From: a virus | Lineage: Duplodnaviria > Caudoviricetes | Strand: one strand, 5' to 3' | Virus record (IMG/VR): IMGVR_UViG_2511231200_000001 | DNA length: 64,000 nucleotides | In this document: positions 18,393 to 27,867 of the stretch, piece by piece | Position numbering within the stretch: position 1 is the stretch's first letter | How the letters are laid out: each line of letters starts with the position of its first letter | Translations under genes and position numbers: made by a program | The notes under the pieces: model-generated | Databases searched by the model: none | Told to the model about the DNA's origin: nothing | What the model saw: only the letters and a program-made list of their open reading frames with translations

Positions 18393-21095
18393 TCAGGCCG
18401 GGACGAGAGCGCACCTGCACCTGGGGTGCGCGGGCGGCTGGGTGTCGCCCGTGGGCCAGACAGCGCCGAGCGGCAGCGGACCGGCTTGGTGGTTGGCGAC
18501 GCAGGCTGGGCAGGCGCCGGGTTCGATGGCCCAGTCGCAGGCGTTGACCTGGCCGGTGCGATAGGCGTCCACGGCAGCGGCGAGCACGGCTCGGGCCACC
18601 TCGGTCATGGCGGTCATGGCGGCCCAGGAACGGTCACGCAGCAGGTCGCGCAGAGCCTCGGCGAGTTGGGCTGCCGTCTGGTGCCCCGCTCGCGCGCCGC
18701 CAAGGACACGGCCGAGCGCGGCGAGACGGCCGGCGGCGATGCTGCGGACGAGGGGTGCGGACTGCTGCCGGAACACGGCCAGAGCCATACGTGTGGCTGC
18801 TGTGAGGCCACGGGCAGCGTCGGCGGCATCACCGACGGCCCAACCGTAGAGGGCCTTGGCGCGTCCGGACATGATGGCTCGGGCTGCCGCATGCCCAATC
18901 GCCCACCCTTCCGTCCACAGGTCGTTGAGCAGGGGCGCGAGGATCCCGGTGAGATCGATGCCCTCACTGGTGAGGAATGCGGCGGCGAGCGTGGCGGCCC
19001 ACTCGTCGCTGTCAGCCCCGTCCTGGCCGGGGTCGGTCCGGTCGGTCGTGTCAGTCTTGACCAGCTCACGAGCGAGCCACCGCTCCGCCAGCGCATCGGC
19101 GGGCACCGCGGCCATCAGGTGGCGGACGATCCTGGGCTGCCACACTGCGGCGGTGGCCTCGTCGCGGTCCCAGCCCGGCCACACCGGGCTGGGGTCACCG
19201 GCTTTTGGGCGGTCATCACCTCCAGGAGCGGCGAAGATGACCGGGGCGCCGTCAAGTTCCGGAGCGTCGGCTTTCGTGAGGTACGCGAAGCGGAAGGGCC
19301 GGGCAGGGGTGGCGTTGCGGCGGATCCAGCGGCGGTACGCCGCCAGTTCCTGGCTCTTCTTGGCCGCGGTTTGTTCGCTGTCGTCGTCGCTGCCACTTGT
19401 GGCCGGGTTGCTGATATCGGTGTCGGGGCCGTAGGGGGCGTCCAGCTCCCCGTCGGCGTCGGCGTCGTCCTGGGGTGGTGCCTGAACCGGTCCGATGAGT
19501 TCGCCCGGTTCGGCGACTTCGGAAGCGCCCTCGAGGAAGACCACGCCGCGGGTGGTCATCAGCATCGGCATGTCGGCCTCGGGGAAGGCGTAGCGGGGCA
19601 GCCCGAGCCGGTCTCGGTCTTCGTTGAGCGTCATCCGGCCCCACTGCACGCGGCTCTGGGCGACCATGTCCGCCGCTGCCTCGTCCTCGCTCTCCAGTCC
19701 GAGGATCCGGAATTCCAGCTCCGGCGCCATGCCGAGGTGCCGGCGGCTGATCTGGGTGACCAAGTTCTGGATCCACCGGTAGGTCGGCATGGTTGCCGAC
19801 CGCTCCTTGATGTCTGCCTGGCCCTCGTGGTAGCCGGACGAACCGAGGCCGCCCGGTTCGGTGAAGTTCAGCTCCGCGATGGTTGTGGCGAAGTGGCTGG
19901 CCAGCTGCTTGAGGAGGAACAGGTCGTACTCAGGGCGGTACTTCTCGGCGACGTCGGCCATGGACTCCAGCTCGAAGCCCGGGGGCAGGATCCGTAGGCG
20001 GTGCCGCTCCAGCGTCTGTCCACTCCAGGCATCGTTGAGTGCGGTTTCGTACTCAAGGACCTGCTGTGGGGTCCAGCCGTTCGCCGCTGTGTTCCGCAGC
20101 ACTCCGGCCGGGATCGCACCATCGGTGAACTCGGCGCGGATCCACTGGCGTCGTCGCAGCCAAACATCCAGGTCCTCAAGGGCCTGCTCGACTGCGCTGT
20201 ACCCGTAGGGTGTGAACGCGCGGACGTTGCGCCGCTTGTAGATCAGCTGGTCGGCGCTGTACCCGTCGGGTACGGCCCCGTCTGGGTCCACGTCCGCCAC
20301 ATATTCCCCTCGGGGGAACCCCCACAGGTGCTGTTGGAAGGCAGGCTGCGGTGGTACGGGCCGGCCCCCACGGTAGTCCCGGAGTACCTTGATGGTGGAG
20401 CCGTCCAGGATTTCCAGCGCGTACAGGTCGCCGCCGTAGGTCCGGCGTGGGTAGATCGCCACAGCGTCGAGGACCAGGTGCTCTTCCAGCAGCTTGCCGA
20501 TCCAGTCCGGCCACTCTTCGTCCTGCCCGGGGTCCGGCTGCTCCCAGAACGCGGTGCACCGTGCGATCTCCGGGGACAGGCGCTTACGCAGGTCTGCCTC
20601 GATGTCTGCGCGGGCCATTGACGGGTGGTCGGCCTCGGCTTGGGCGATGGCCGACTTGGTGATGGTGATGGCCCACTCAAGGGTGGCGATGTCGGCCTTG
20701 CGGATCTCGATGCACCGCCGTGCGATGCCCCCTGCTGCGGCGGCGTCACGCAGCACCTTCCAGGGCACCAGTCGATCGGTGATGCCCGGCAGGTTGGCGC
20801 TGACCGGATACTCGTTGAAGCGGGGCTCAGGCCGGCCAGTGTCCTGGCGTACCGGGTCGATCTGCGCCGGGATCAGAGGCAGGCCGGGTCCGAAGGCCAC
20901 CTGCGGGTCGGTGCGTGGCAGCGGGTTGAAGCCACCGGGGATCTGTGGTGAGGCGCTGATGGAGTTCAGCATCGCCGCTACTTGGGCGGCGGTGTAGACC
21001 TGGGCGCCCGCGCCGACGCCGGGCACCTGGGTTTTCGTCATGTCCGCCGGGGTACGCCGGGGGCGGTGACGGTTGCGGTTACGGCGGGGCACCAT
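18393..21095 (-). CDS. Portal protein fused to MuF-like head morphogenesis domain
   Basis: LEILDGSTI, YGYSAVEQ, MTLNEDR portal motifs; C-terminal CPAC...PPAHPRCRC. Confidence 0.88.
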   Translation of the reverse strand: MVPRRNRNRHRPRRTPADMTKTQVPGVGAGAQVYTAAQVAAMLNSISASPQIPGGFNPLPRTDPQVAFGPGLPLIPAQIDPVRQDTGRPEPRFNEYPVSANLPGITDRLVPWKVLRDAAAAGGIARRCIEIRKADIATLEWAITITKSAIAQAEADHPSMARADIEADLRKRLSPEIARCTAFWEQPDPGQDEEWPDWIGKLLEEHLVLDAVAIYPRRTYGGDLYALEILDGSTIKVLRDYRGGRPVPPQPAFQQHLWGFPRGEYVADVDPDGAVPDGYSADQLIYKRRNVRAFTPYGYSAVEQALEDLDVWLRRRQWIRAEFTDGAIPAGVLRNTAANGWTPQQVLEYETALNDAWSGQTLERHRLRILPPGFELESMADVAEKYRPEYDLFLLKQLASHFATTIAELNFTEPGGLGSSGYHEGQADIKERSATMPTYRWIQNLVTQISRRHLGMAPELEFRILGLESEDEAAADMVAQSRVQWGRMTLNEDRDRLGLPRYAFPEADMPMLMTTRGVVFLEGASEVAEPGELIGPVQAPPQDDADADGELDAPYGPDTDISNPATSGSDDDSEQTAAKKSQELAAYRRWIRRNATPARPFRFAYLTKADAPELDGAPVIFAAPGGDDRPKAGDPSPVWPGWDRDEATAAVWQPRIVRHLMAAVPADALAERWLARELVKTDTTDRTDPGQDGADSDEWAATLAAAFLTSEGIDLTGILAPLLNDLWTEGWAIGHAAARAIMSGRAKALYGWAVGDAADAARGLTAATRMALAVFRQQSAPLVRSIAAGRLAALGRVLGGARAGHQTAAQLAEALRDLLRDRSWAAMTAMTEVARAVLAAAVDAYRTGQVNACDWAIEPGACPACVANHQAGPLPLGAVWPTGDTQPPAHPRCRCALVPA

Positions 21096-21137
21096 GTCTC
21101 CTTCCCGTCGATGACAGCCCGGTGGTAGGCGGGGAGA

Positions 21138-21395
21138 TCAGGCACGGACCGCCCGTCTGGTACGGCGCTGTGCCTCGGCGACAGCGGTGCGCAGGTACGC
21201 GGCCGTACCAGGTCCCATGCACAGGGCTTCGTGAGCGTCACGGACAGTCCAGTGCTCGGCCAGCTCTTGAGCGCTGTTGGCGACCCAGCCACGGCCACAC
21301 CAACCGCCGGCCTCGGGACAGGCCCGGCACAGCAGCGCCCGGAACGTCGGGCGGTTACGGCGGTGGCTACAGCGAGGCGCCAGAAAGTAGATCAC
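21138..21395 (-). CDS. Small Cys/His hypothetical protein
   Basis: AAGGAG RBS and GTG; between terminase and portal. Confidence 0.5.
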   Translation of the reverse strand: MIYFLAPRCSHRRNRPTFRALLCRACPEAGGWCGRGWVANSAQELAEHWTVRDAHEALCMGPGTAAYLRTAVAEAQRRTRRAVRA

Positions 21396-21412
21396 TTGAG
21401 CTCCTTGGCAGG

Positions 21413-22873
21413 TCAGGTACCGGGCCGGTAGTCGCGCAGCCAGTCCATGGCCTGCGCGGCGCCGTTCTGGCTACCCAGGAGGTACAGCAGCGCCTGGCTG
21501 GTGGCGTCCACCTGGTCGTCGTGGGGGGCGTTCGGGAAGGAGGCGGTCTCCTCGACGTACTCCGCGATCCACGGGGCGAGGTCGGGGGCCGGCAGGTGGA
21601 CGTTCCCAGCTTCCACGAAGGGGGCGACGGCGGAGGCGCGCGCGTACTTGCTGCCTGCCGGGTTCACCGGGATCAGGCCGGGCACGGTGGCGCGCAATTG
21701 AGCGACGATGGCGGGCCCGTTGGCTTTGTCTTCGACGAGCTTGGCGTGGCTCTGGGGCCACTTCGCCGAGAGAGCTTCCACGGCGCGACATGCGGCGGGG
21801 AAGTCGAGGCGGTCGCGGACCTGGTCCAGCAAGAACACCTGCGCGCCGATCTTCGCCCACACTTGTCCGACTACGAAGTCGGCTTTCGCGGAGTCCTTGA
21901 AGGTCATGTCCCACGACTGGATGACCTGGTGGGCCGCGGGTACCCACCAGGTGCCGTCCGGGCGGCGCTCTGCCCGTAGCGCGGTGTACCACTGCCAGTG
22001 TGCGCGCTTGAACAGCCCCCCTTCGGCCGGCGCCGGGCGCCCTTGGTACAAGGCATTCCACGTGCGGGCGCCAACGTCCTGCTTGGTGTCCTCCCAGTCC
22101 TTGATGGTCCGGCCCCGCGCTGACAGCAGGTACTCACCGGGGGCGCGGCCGAGCGGGTCGTCGTCGCTCTCAGCCTGTGCCGGGATGTTGATGTGCCGCC
22201 AGTCACCGCGGGTGTCCTGGGCGAGCAGTCTCCCGGCGAGGTCGTCTTCGTGCCAGCGGGTGAGGACGACGATCACCACCGCCTCGGGGGCAAGGCGTGT
22301 GCGAGCGGTATCGGTCCAGAAGTCCCACACCCGCTCGCGGAACACTGCGGACTCGGCCTGGGCGCGGTCCTTGATCGGGTCGTCGATGATCAGTACGTCG
22401 ACCGGGCGGCTCGTCAGCGCACCGGCCACGCCGACGCTGTACACGCCACCGATGTGGTCCCGGAGCTGCCATTCCTGCGCGCTGGAGGTGTCGCCTCGGA
22501 TGTACAACCCGAGGGCATCGGGGTGGGACCTGATGTCGTTGCGGATCGCGCGTCCCCAGCGCATCGCGGTGCGCTGCTCGTAGCTCGCGATGGCGACGCG
22601 TAGGTCCGGGTTCCGCGACAACATCCACGCCGGAAAGGCCCGGGAGACACGCTGTGACTTGCCTTCCTGGGGAGGCATCGTCCAGATCAGCCGCCGGCAG
22701 CGACCGGCGGCGACGTCCATCAAGTTGGCGTCCAGGAGTTCAAGGGCGGGCGTGGCCACGATCCGTGGGTCGAGGGCCTTGGCCAGGTGGTGGGGGGCGG
22801 GGTATCGGTCGGCGGCTGCATTGCGGCCTTCGAGCCGGTCGGCCGCGCGCACGAGCGCGTTCAGGTCGGACAT
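21413..22873 (-). CDS. terL: Terminase large subunit
   Basis: MPPQEGKS Walker A, LIIDDPIKD Walker B, WDMTFK, VEDKANG, HDDQVDATSQ nuclease motifs. Confidence 0.95.
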   Translation of the reverse strand: MSDLNALVRAADRLEGRNAAADRYPAPHHLAKALDPRIVATPALELLDANLMDVAAGRCRRLIWTMPPQEGKSQRVSRAFPAWMLSRNPDLRVAIASYEQRTAMRWGRAIRNDIRSHPDALGLYIRGDTSSAQEWQLRDHIGGVYSVGVAGALTSRPVDVLIIDDPIKDRAQAESAVFRERVWDFWTDTARTRLAPEAVVIVVLTRWHEDDLAGRLLAQDTRGDWRHINIPAQAESDDDPLGRAPGEYLLSARGRTIKDWEDTKQDVGARTWNALYQGRPAPAEGGLFKRAHWQWYTALRAERRPDGTWWVPAAHQVIQSWDMTFKDSAKADFVVGQVWAKIGAQVFLLDQVRDRLDFPAACRAVEALSAKWPQSHAKLVEDKANGPAIVAQLRATVPGLIPVNPAGSKYARASAVAPFVEAGNVHLPAPDLAPWIAEYVEETASFPNAPHDDQVDATSQALLYLLGSQNGAAQAMDWLRDYRPGT

Positions 22874-22936
22874 GTGCAGGTGCCTCTGGCCGAGGGTGCA
22901 GGGGCTTGTGAGAGGGGGTGAGCGCGGGACCGAGGG

Positions 22937-23401
22937 TCACGGGGCGGTGGGTAGGGCGATATGGAGGCTGTCGAGGACCATCACGGCGTCCGGGACGCTG
23001 ATGTAGGCGAACTCCCAGTCGGTGCGGCCGTCTCGGTCAACGGTGGCGGTCCACTCGGCGGTGGTGGCCTCGTCGTACCAGTAGTACTCGCCGGGGCCGG
23101 ACTGAGCGATCCCTCGGGGCGCGTCTTCGAACAGGCCCGGCAGCAGCCTGTCCAAGACGACGCCGGCGACGTGTGGGAGGCCGGTGAACTCAATGGTGGC
23201 GCGGGTGTGATCGTCTACGCACACGGTCCCGGATCCGACGCCTGCCCGTTCCCAGCGCAGGCGTGTGGGGCAGCAACCGGTCGGCGGCGGCACGTCCACG
23301 AGCAAGGGGAAGGCGGTGCGAAGCGCGGTAGCAGCACTCTGGTGCTGGCGGGTGAACGCCTCTCGCCAAATGGCGAGTGCTCGTGCGGCGTCGGGCTGCA
23401 C
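22937..23401 (-). CDS. Hypothetical protein
   Basis: GGGAGG RBS; co-oriented 154 aa ORF. Confidence 0.55.
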   Translation of the reverse strand: MQPDAARALAIWREAFTRQHQSAATALRTAFPLLVDVPPPTGCCPTRLRWERAGVGSGTVCVDDHTRATIEFTGLPHVAGVVLDRLLPGLFEDAPRGIAQSGPGEYYWYDEATTAEWTATVDRDGRTDWEFAYISVPDAVMVLDSLHIALPTAP

Positions 23402-23432
23402 AACACCTCCCTCCCACTCGGAGCACCCGTCT

Positions 23433-24023
23433 TCACGCCACAGAACGCAGGTGCCGGGCAGCGGCTTGGCGAGCCGCCACGGCGGCGGCTCCGGTGATCC
23501 CCGCAGCCGCGAGGCCGGCTTCGAGCGCCGACACCAGCGCTTCGGCCTGGCGCTCGGTGACGCGTGCCATACGGTCTTCGATGTTCAGCCGGGCGATCAT
23601 GCCGAGGATCTGTCCGGCCCGGTCCATGGCCCGCTCGTACAGGGCGATCTCGGCCCGGAGTTGCTCGGTGCCTGCCGCTCCCTCGTACCGGATGCGGTCG
23701 CCGAGGCGCTGCACCATGCCGCTGATGGCTTCCTGCCAGGCGACGGCCTGGCCGGCGAGCCGGGCCAGCGCTGCGAAGGGGTCAGCGACTGCCTCGACAT
23801 TCAGGTCGGCGAGAACGGCGCGGGCCTCGGCTTCGGCCTGCTCGGTGCGTGCTGCGGCGCGCTGGTTGCGGGTGTTCCCACCGTGGAGGCGACACCGGCC
23901 GAACCCCACGTGATCGGTACCCCAGCCCGCCACCAGGCTGCAGACGTCACCGGGAGCGCCCTGCCGCTTCTGGGCGCCGCACTGGGGTGTGCCGTCCGCG
24001 GCCTGTTCCGGCTTCAGGCTCAC
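23433..24023 (-). CDS. Terminase small subunit candidate (C...CRLHGG type)
   Basis: CGAQKRQG...CSLVAGWGTDHVGFGRCRLHGG; GTGA overlap; upstream of terL. Confidence 0.65.
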   Translation of the reverse strand: MSLKPEQAADGTPQCGAQKRQGAPGDVCSLVAGWGTDHVGFGRCRLHGGNTRNQRAAARTEQAEAEARAVLADLNVEAVADPFAALARLAGQAVAWQEAISGMVQRLGDRIRYEGAAGTEQLRAEIALYERAMDRAGQILGMIARLNIEDRMARVTERQAEALVSALEAGLAAAGITGAAAVAARQAAARHLRSVA

Positions 24024-24340
24024 TCGTCACTCCGGCGGTGCAGGCGTTTGATGCGCTGCCGGCGGTCGGCGATAGTCAGTACCCGGTCGACCGCAGCCAG
24101 GTCTCCCTTCATCGCCGGGCCCCACAGGGCCGCTTGCAGTCGGTCATACCGCAGGGCTTCCAGCATGCGCTCCGGGTCGAGCGGCGGCCCGTCGTACTGC
24201 TCGTCAGCGATCTCCCCTGCGGCGAGCACGGCGTCGGCCACATCCGGGTACCCAAGCTTGGTGGCGATGGTCTGCCAGTCCACTCCGGCCAGCTTCAGCG
24301 CGAGGGCTTGACTGGCGCGTTCACGGTCGCGGGCATCCAT
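24020..24340 (-). CDS. HTH protein, terminase-small-like
   Basis: KLAGVDWQTIATKLGY HTH; RLQAALWGPAMKGDLAAVDRVL. Confidence 0.65.
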   Translation of the reverse strand: MDARDRERASQALALKLAGVDWQTIATKLGYPDVADAVLAAGEIADEQYDGPPLDPERMLEALRYDRLQAALWGPAMKGDLAAVDRVLTIADRRQRIKRLHRRSDE

Positions 24341-24351
24341 CGGCGGGCTCC

Positions 24352-24942
24352 CTATCGGGTCAGGAGGGTATGGAGGTCAGCACGCGCCTGCGGGTCGGTC
24401 AGGAATCGACCGGTGTAGGAGGCGGTGACCATGGACGCCCCCGGCTTGCGGGCGCCGCGGTGCGCCAGGCAGCCGTGTTCGGAGCGGATGATGCAGGCCG
24501 CGCCAAGGGTGTCCAGATGCTCGTCCAATGCGGCGGTGACCTGCCGGGTCAGCTGTTCTTGGGTCTGCAAGCGGCGGGCGTACACGTCCAGTACCCGCGG
24601 CAGCTTGGACAGGCCGGCGACCGACGCGCCGGGCTTGGGCTGGTACGCGATGTCCGCAGTGCCGCTGAACGGGAGCAGGTGGTGTTCGCACAGCGAGGTG
24701 AACGGCACGCCGGTGACGGCGATGGGCTGCCCGGCATGGTCGGCCGGGAAGGTCCGCGACAGGTGGAATGCCGGGTCGTCGCGGTACCCGGCGGTGAATT
24801 CGCCGAGCGCTCGCAGCACTCGCGTGGGGGTCTCGGCCAGAGCCGGGCTGTCGGGGTCCAGGCCGATCGAGGCGAACCATGCGGTCAGGCCGGCGGTGAA
24901 CCGGCGGGCGGCGACGCGGAGGGAGGGGTCGGGGTTGGTCAT
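24352..24942 (-). CDS. folE: GTP cyclohydrolase I
   Basis: ETPTRV, SLCEHHLLPF, GLSKLPR, RLQTQEQLT, EHGCLAHRG; ATGA overlap with queE. Confidence 0.95.
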   Translation of the reverse strand: MTNPDPSLRVAARRFTAGLTAWFASIGLDPDSPALAETPTRVLRALGEFTAGYRDDPAFHLSRTFPADHAGQPIAVTGVPFTSLCEHHLLPFSGTADIAYQPKPGASVAGLSKLPRVLDVYARRLQTQEQLTRQVTAALDEHLDTLGAACIIRSEHGCLAHRGARKPGASMVTASYTGRFLTDPQARADLHTLLTR

Positions 24943-25646
24943 CGTGCCCTTTCGTTGCCCCAGGTGAGGACGTGGAGCCGGGTGGTCAGGTTGTAGCCCG
25001 CGCGAATGGCGGGGTCGGCGATGACGGCCAGGTGGCGGCCGATGGTGGCGGCGTCGGTACCGCGCGGCATGATCCACACCTGCTCCGGGGGAATGCCCAG
25101 CGCCTGCACCCACTTCTCGGTCTCGGTGACGTCCTCGGCCGAGGCGCAGACGTACTTGAAGGTGGCTTGGCCGGTGTCGCGTAGCGCGTGGATGGCGTCT
25201 TCGCGGATGCGTCTGCTCTCGCGGTCACCGGCGCTGGCGAGTTTCGGCGAGACGTTGAACCGCGTGGCCCATGCGGTGGTGAGCGGCGTCGGCGCGATCG
25301 TGCCGTTGGTCTCGATCTCGATGTCCACCCCGGCGTCGGCGAGACGGTCCAAAAGATCCAGCCAGCCCGGCTGGTGCTGGTGCAGCAGTGGTTCGCCGCC
25401 GGTGATGACGACCACAGCGGGAGCGCCTTCCAAGGCGCGGGCGGCGATGTCGGCGGTGGGCTGGCGGGTGAGCTGGGTGCGCAGGTCGTAGCGCGTCGCG
25501 TCCCACGTGTAGGGAGTGTCACACCAGGAGCAGGTCAGGTTGCACCCGCCGAGCCGTATGAAGGCGGCGCGCCGGCCGGTGGAGGGACCTTCCCCCTGCA
25601 CGGTCGGCCCGAAGACCTCCGCGACGACGAGGGTCGGGCCGCTCAT
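24939..25646 (-). CDS. queE: 7-carboxy-7-deazaguanine synthase (radical SAM)
   Basis: TVQGEG, FIRLGGCNLTCSWCDT (CxxxCxxC), ITGGEPL, IETNGT, VSPKL. Confidence 0.95.
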   Translation of the reverse strand: MSGPTLVVAEVFGPTVQGEGPSTGRRAAFIRLGGCNLTCSWCDTPYTWDATRYDLRTQLTRQPTADIAARALEGAPAVVVITGGEPLLHQHQPGWLDLLDRLADAGVDIEIETNGTIAPTPLTTAWATRFNVSPKLASAGDRESRRIREDAIHALRDTGQATFKYVCASAEDVTETEKWVQALGIPPEQVWIMPRGTDAATIGRHLAVIADPAIRAGYNLTTRLHVLTWGNERAR

Positions 25647-26071
25647 GATGCAATCCAGGTAGCGGCGTTGACGTGGGTCTCGGCCAGGTGGACGCGGGTG
25701 ACGCGGGCGCCGGGCGCTCGGACCAGGTCCCGGAGTACGCCGGCGGCCATGTCGGCGAGCAGGGCGGCGACGTTCTCCACGGTCGGCCATCCGGTCACCT
25801 CGTAAGCCTTGCAGTCGAAGGAACGCAGAACGGGCAACAGCGGGTCGTTAGGACCGAGCATGACCCCGTGGTCGAGGTGGGTGTCGATCCACTGGCGCAA
25901 GGCCCGCTTGAATGGCCCGAACTCGACGACGAGGCCGGCGGCGAGCTTGGGCGCTTCGACGGTGACTTCGGTCCACCAGGAGTGGCCGTGCAGGGAGGTG
26001 CACTTGCCCGGCAAGTGGGGCAGTCGGTGGGCCGTCTCGAAGTTGTGGCGGACGGTCACGCTGTGGGTCAT
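25643..26071 (-). CDS. queD: 6-carboxy-5,6,7,8-tetrahydropterin synthase
   Basis: FETAHRL...CTSLHGHSW, LDHG, PTVENVA, ET. Confidence 0.93.
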   Translation of the reverse strand: MTHSVTVRHNFETAHRLPHLPGKCTSLHGHSWWTEVTVEAPKLAAGLVVEFGPFKRALRQWIDTHLDHGVMLGPNDPLLPVLRSFDCKAYEVTGWPTVENVAALLADMAAGVLRDLVRAPGARVTRVHLAETHVNAATWIAS

Positions 26072-26297
26072 TCCAGGCGTCCTCTCATGATGATGCGGGC
26101 CAGGATGACGCTCTGGTCTCCCGAGCCTCGGGTATCGGCGAGGGGGTAGGCCGCTTGCGGCCTCACGATCCGGGCAAGGGCGGAGTACCTGTTCGGCGCC
26201 GGAACCGCGGCGTGTTCGTGGTCGGCGCACCCGAGGGCGCGGCCTGGGGCGACTTACGTCGACTACAGGCGATGACCACCAGGTCAGGGGAGGTCAC
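26068..26297 (-). pseudogene. Internally deleted, frameshifted DUF6884-like gene remnant
   Basis: GTGA overlap with queC stop gives MTSPDLVVIACSRRK; another frame gives RYSALARIVRPQAAYPLADTRGSGDQ and ends in ATGA overlap with queD; 230 nt span is not a multiple of 3. Confidence 0.55.
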
Positions 26298-26965
26298 ACC
26301 GCATAGTCGGTGGGGTCGGGTACGCCAGCGTCAGCGAAGGCTTCGCGGCGTTCGGTGCACGTACCGCACGTGCCGCAGTGCTGCTTTTGGCCCTTGTAGC
26401 AGCTCCACGACAGGCCCAGTGGGGCACCGAGTAGATGTGCGTGCTCGGCGATCTGCGCCTTGGTCCACGTGATGAACGGCGCCTCGATGCGGGGGGTGTG
26501 GTGGCCCTCAAGTGCCCGGGTGACGCAGGCCCTCAGGGCGTCGAGGAACGCCGGGCGGCAGTCGGGGTAGATAGCGTGGTCACCGGCGTGGATACCGAGG
26601 CCGACGAGCTGTGCTCGGCGAGCGGCGGCGATCCCGACCGCGATGTTCGCCATGATCGCGTTGCGGTTGGGCACGACGGTGACGCGCATGGATTCGGCCT
26701 CGTAATGCCCGTCCGGTACCTCGATCGCTGGATCGGTGAGGGCGCTTCCGGGCATCAGTGCGCCGACGGCCGTCAAGTCCACGACCTGGTGTTCCGCGTC
26801 GAAGTGCTGGGCGACCCGCCGAGCGGCGAGAAGTTCGCGGCTGTGCCGCTGGCCGTAGTCGAAGCTCAGCAGCATCATCTCGTAGCCGCTGTCGTGGTAG
26901 TGCGCGGCGAGAGTGGTGGAGTCCATGCCGCCGGAGAAGGAGAGCACGGCGAGGGGGCGACTCAT
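26294..26965 (-). CDS. queC: 7-cyano-7-deazaguanine (preQ0) synthase
   Basis: SFSGGMDST, FDYGQRH, VPNRNAI, YPDCRP, SWSCY, HCGTCGTCTER. Confidence 0.96.
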   Translation of the reverse strand: MSRPLAVLSFSGGMDSTTLAAHYHDSGYEMMLLSFDYGQRHSRELLAARRVAQHFDAEHQVVDLTAVGALMPGSALTDPAIEVPDGHYEAESMRVTVVPNRNAIMANIAVGIAAARRAQLVGLGIHAGDHAIYPDCRPAFLDALRACVTRALEGHHTPRIEAPFITWTKAQIAEHAHLLGAPLGLSWSCYKGQKQHCGTCGTCTERREAFADAGVPDPTDYAV

Positions 26966-27867
26966 GAGGTGTTGTCCTTCCGGGCGTCAGCGGCCAGCGC
27001 GCGGGCGGCCACGGTGAAGTTCTTGGTATCGGTGTCGGCGAGGAACAGGCCGGTGCCGGTGCTGGTCCACCCCGGCGGCGGGGCCACGTGGTGACGGCGT
27101 TCGAGCCAGCGGCCAAGGCGCCCGTAAGCCACTGCGGGGGTGGCGCGGATCATGGTGTCCTCGGCCTGGAACTGCTCCGGCGGCTTGCCTGCCTTGGTAG
27201 CGAAGCCCCGTCGGCCGACGACTGCGGGGTCTGCGCCGTGGGTGCGCAGGAGCCCGGCGTGCTTGCGGGCTTCGGCTGGCCGGCCCACGGTCAGCTGCAC
27301 GATGCGGGAGTGCTGGCTGTCCCACAGCGACATCACTCCGAAGCGTGCGCCGGACGCCCAGCTGGAGGAGTCCACTGTGTAGAACGGCAGCGCGGCGATG
27401 GTGGCGAACCGGGTCTGGCCGAAGCCGTGGTAGACCGCGCCGTGGTGGCGTGCGATGCGGAAGGCTCGGATCAGCCAGCGCATCACGTCGTCGGTGCGTC
27501 GGGCGTAGGGCACCATTCCGCCCAGCGCGATGTACCGGTAGGAGGCGCACAGTGCTTCGAGGCGCCGCCAGGGGGATCCGATGTGGAATACCGGCAGGAC
27601 CCGGATGCCCTGGTCTTCGAGGGCGAGGGTGTTGCGGTGGGTGGCGTCGGGGTCGCCGATCACGTCAAGGGTCGCGGCGGTGGTGATCACGTGGCGCCAC
27701 TGGTGCAGCCAGGCCGCGTAGTCGGCCAGCTTGATGGTCGAGCCAGTCGTCGCGGCGGAGAATGCCCCGGAGTCAGCGAAGACCTCGTAGGGGCCGCCGT
27801 AGGCGGCGCCTATCGCGGCGAGGTCGGTCTCGCGGTGGTAGTGGAAGCTGGTCAGGTAGCGGAACAC
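26962..27867 (-). CDS. DpdA/TGT-like 7-deazaguanine transglycosylase, paralog 3
   Basis: AGGAG RBS, GTG 27867; FADSGAFS, TLDVIGD, PVFH, ALGGMVP, HGFG, VDSSSW. Confidence 0.8.
   Translation of the reverse strand: MFRYLTSFHYHRETDLAAIGAAYGGPYEVFADSGAFSAATTGSTIKLADYAAWLHQWRHVITTAATLDVIGDPDATHRNTLALEDQGIRVLPVFHIGSPWRRLEALCASYRYIALGGMVPYARRTDDVMRWLIRAFRIARHHGAVYHGFGQTRFATIAALPFYTVDSSSWASGARFGVMSLWDSQHSRIVQLTVGRPAEARKHAGLLRTHGADPAVVGRRGFATKAGKPPEQFQAEDTMIRATPAVAYGRLGRWLERRHHVAPPPGWTSTGTGLFLADTDTKNFTVAARALAADARKDNTS

Noticed and set aside
16601-21000. Long plus-strand ORFs (17095-18564, 18390-19997 and others) opposite structural genes
   Set aside because: Antisense shadows expected in high-GC DNA; no recognisable motifs, and the minus strand has clear phage proteins
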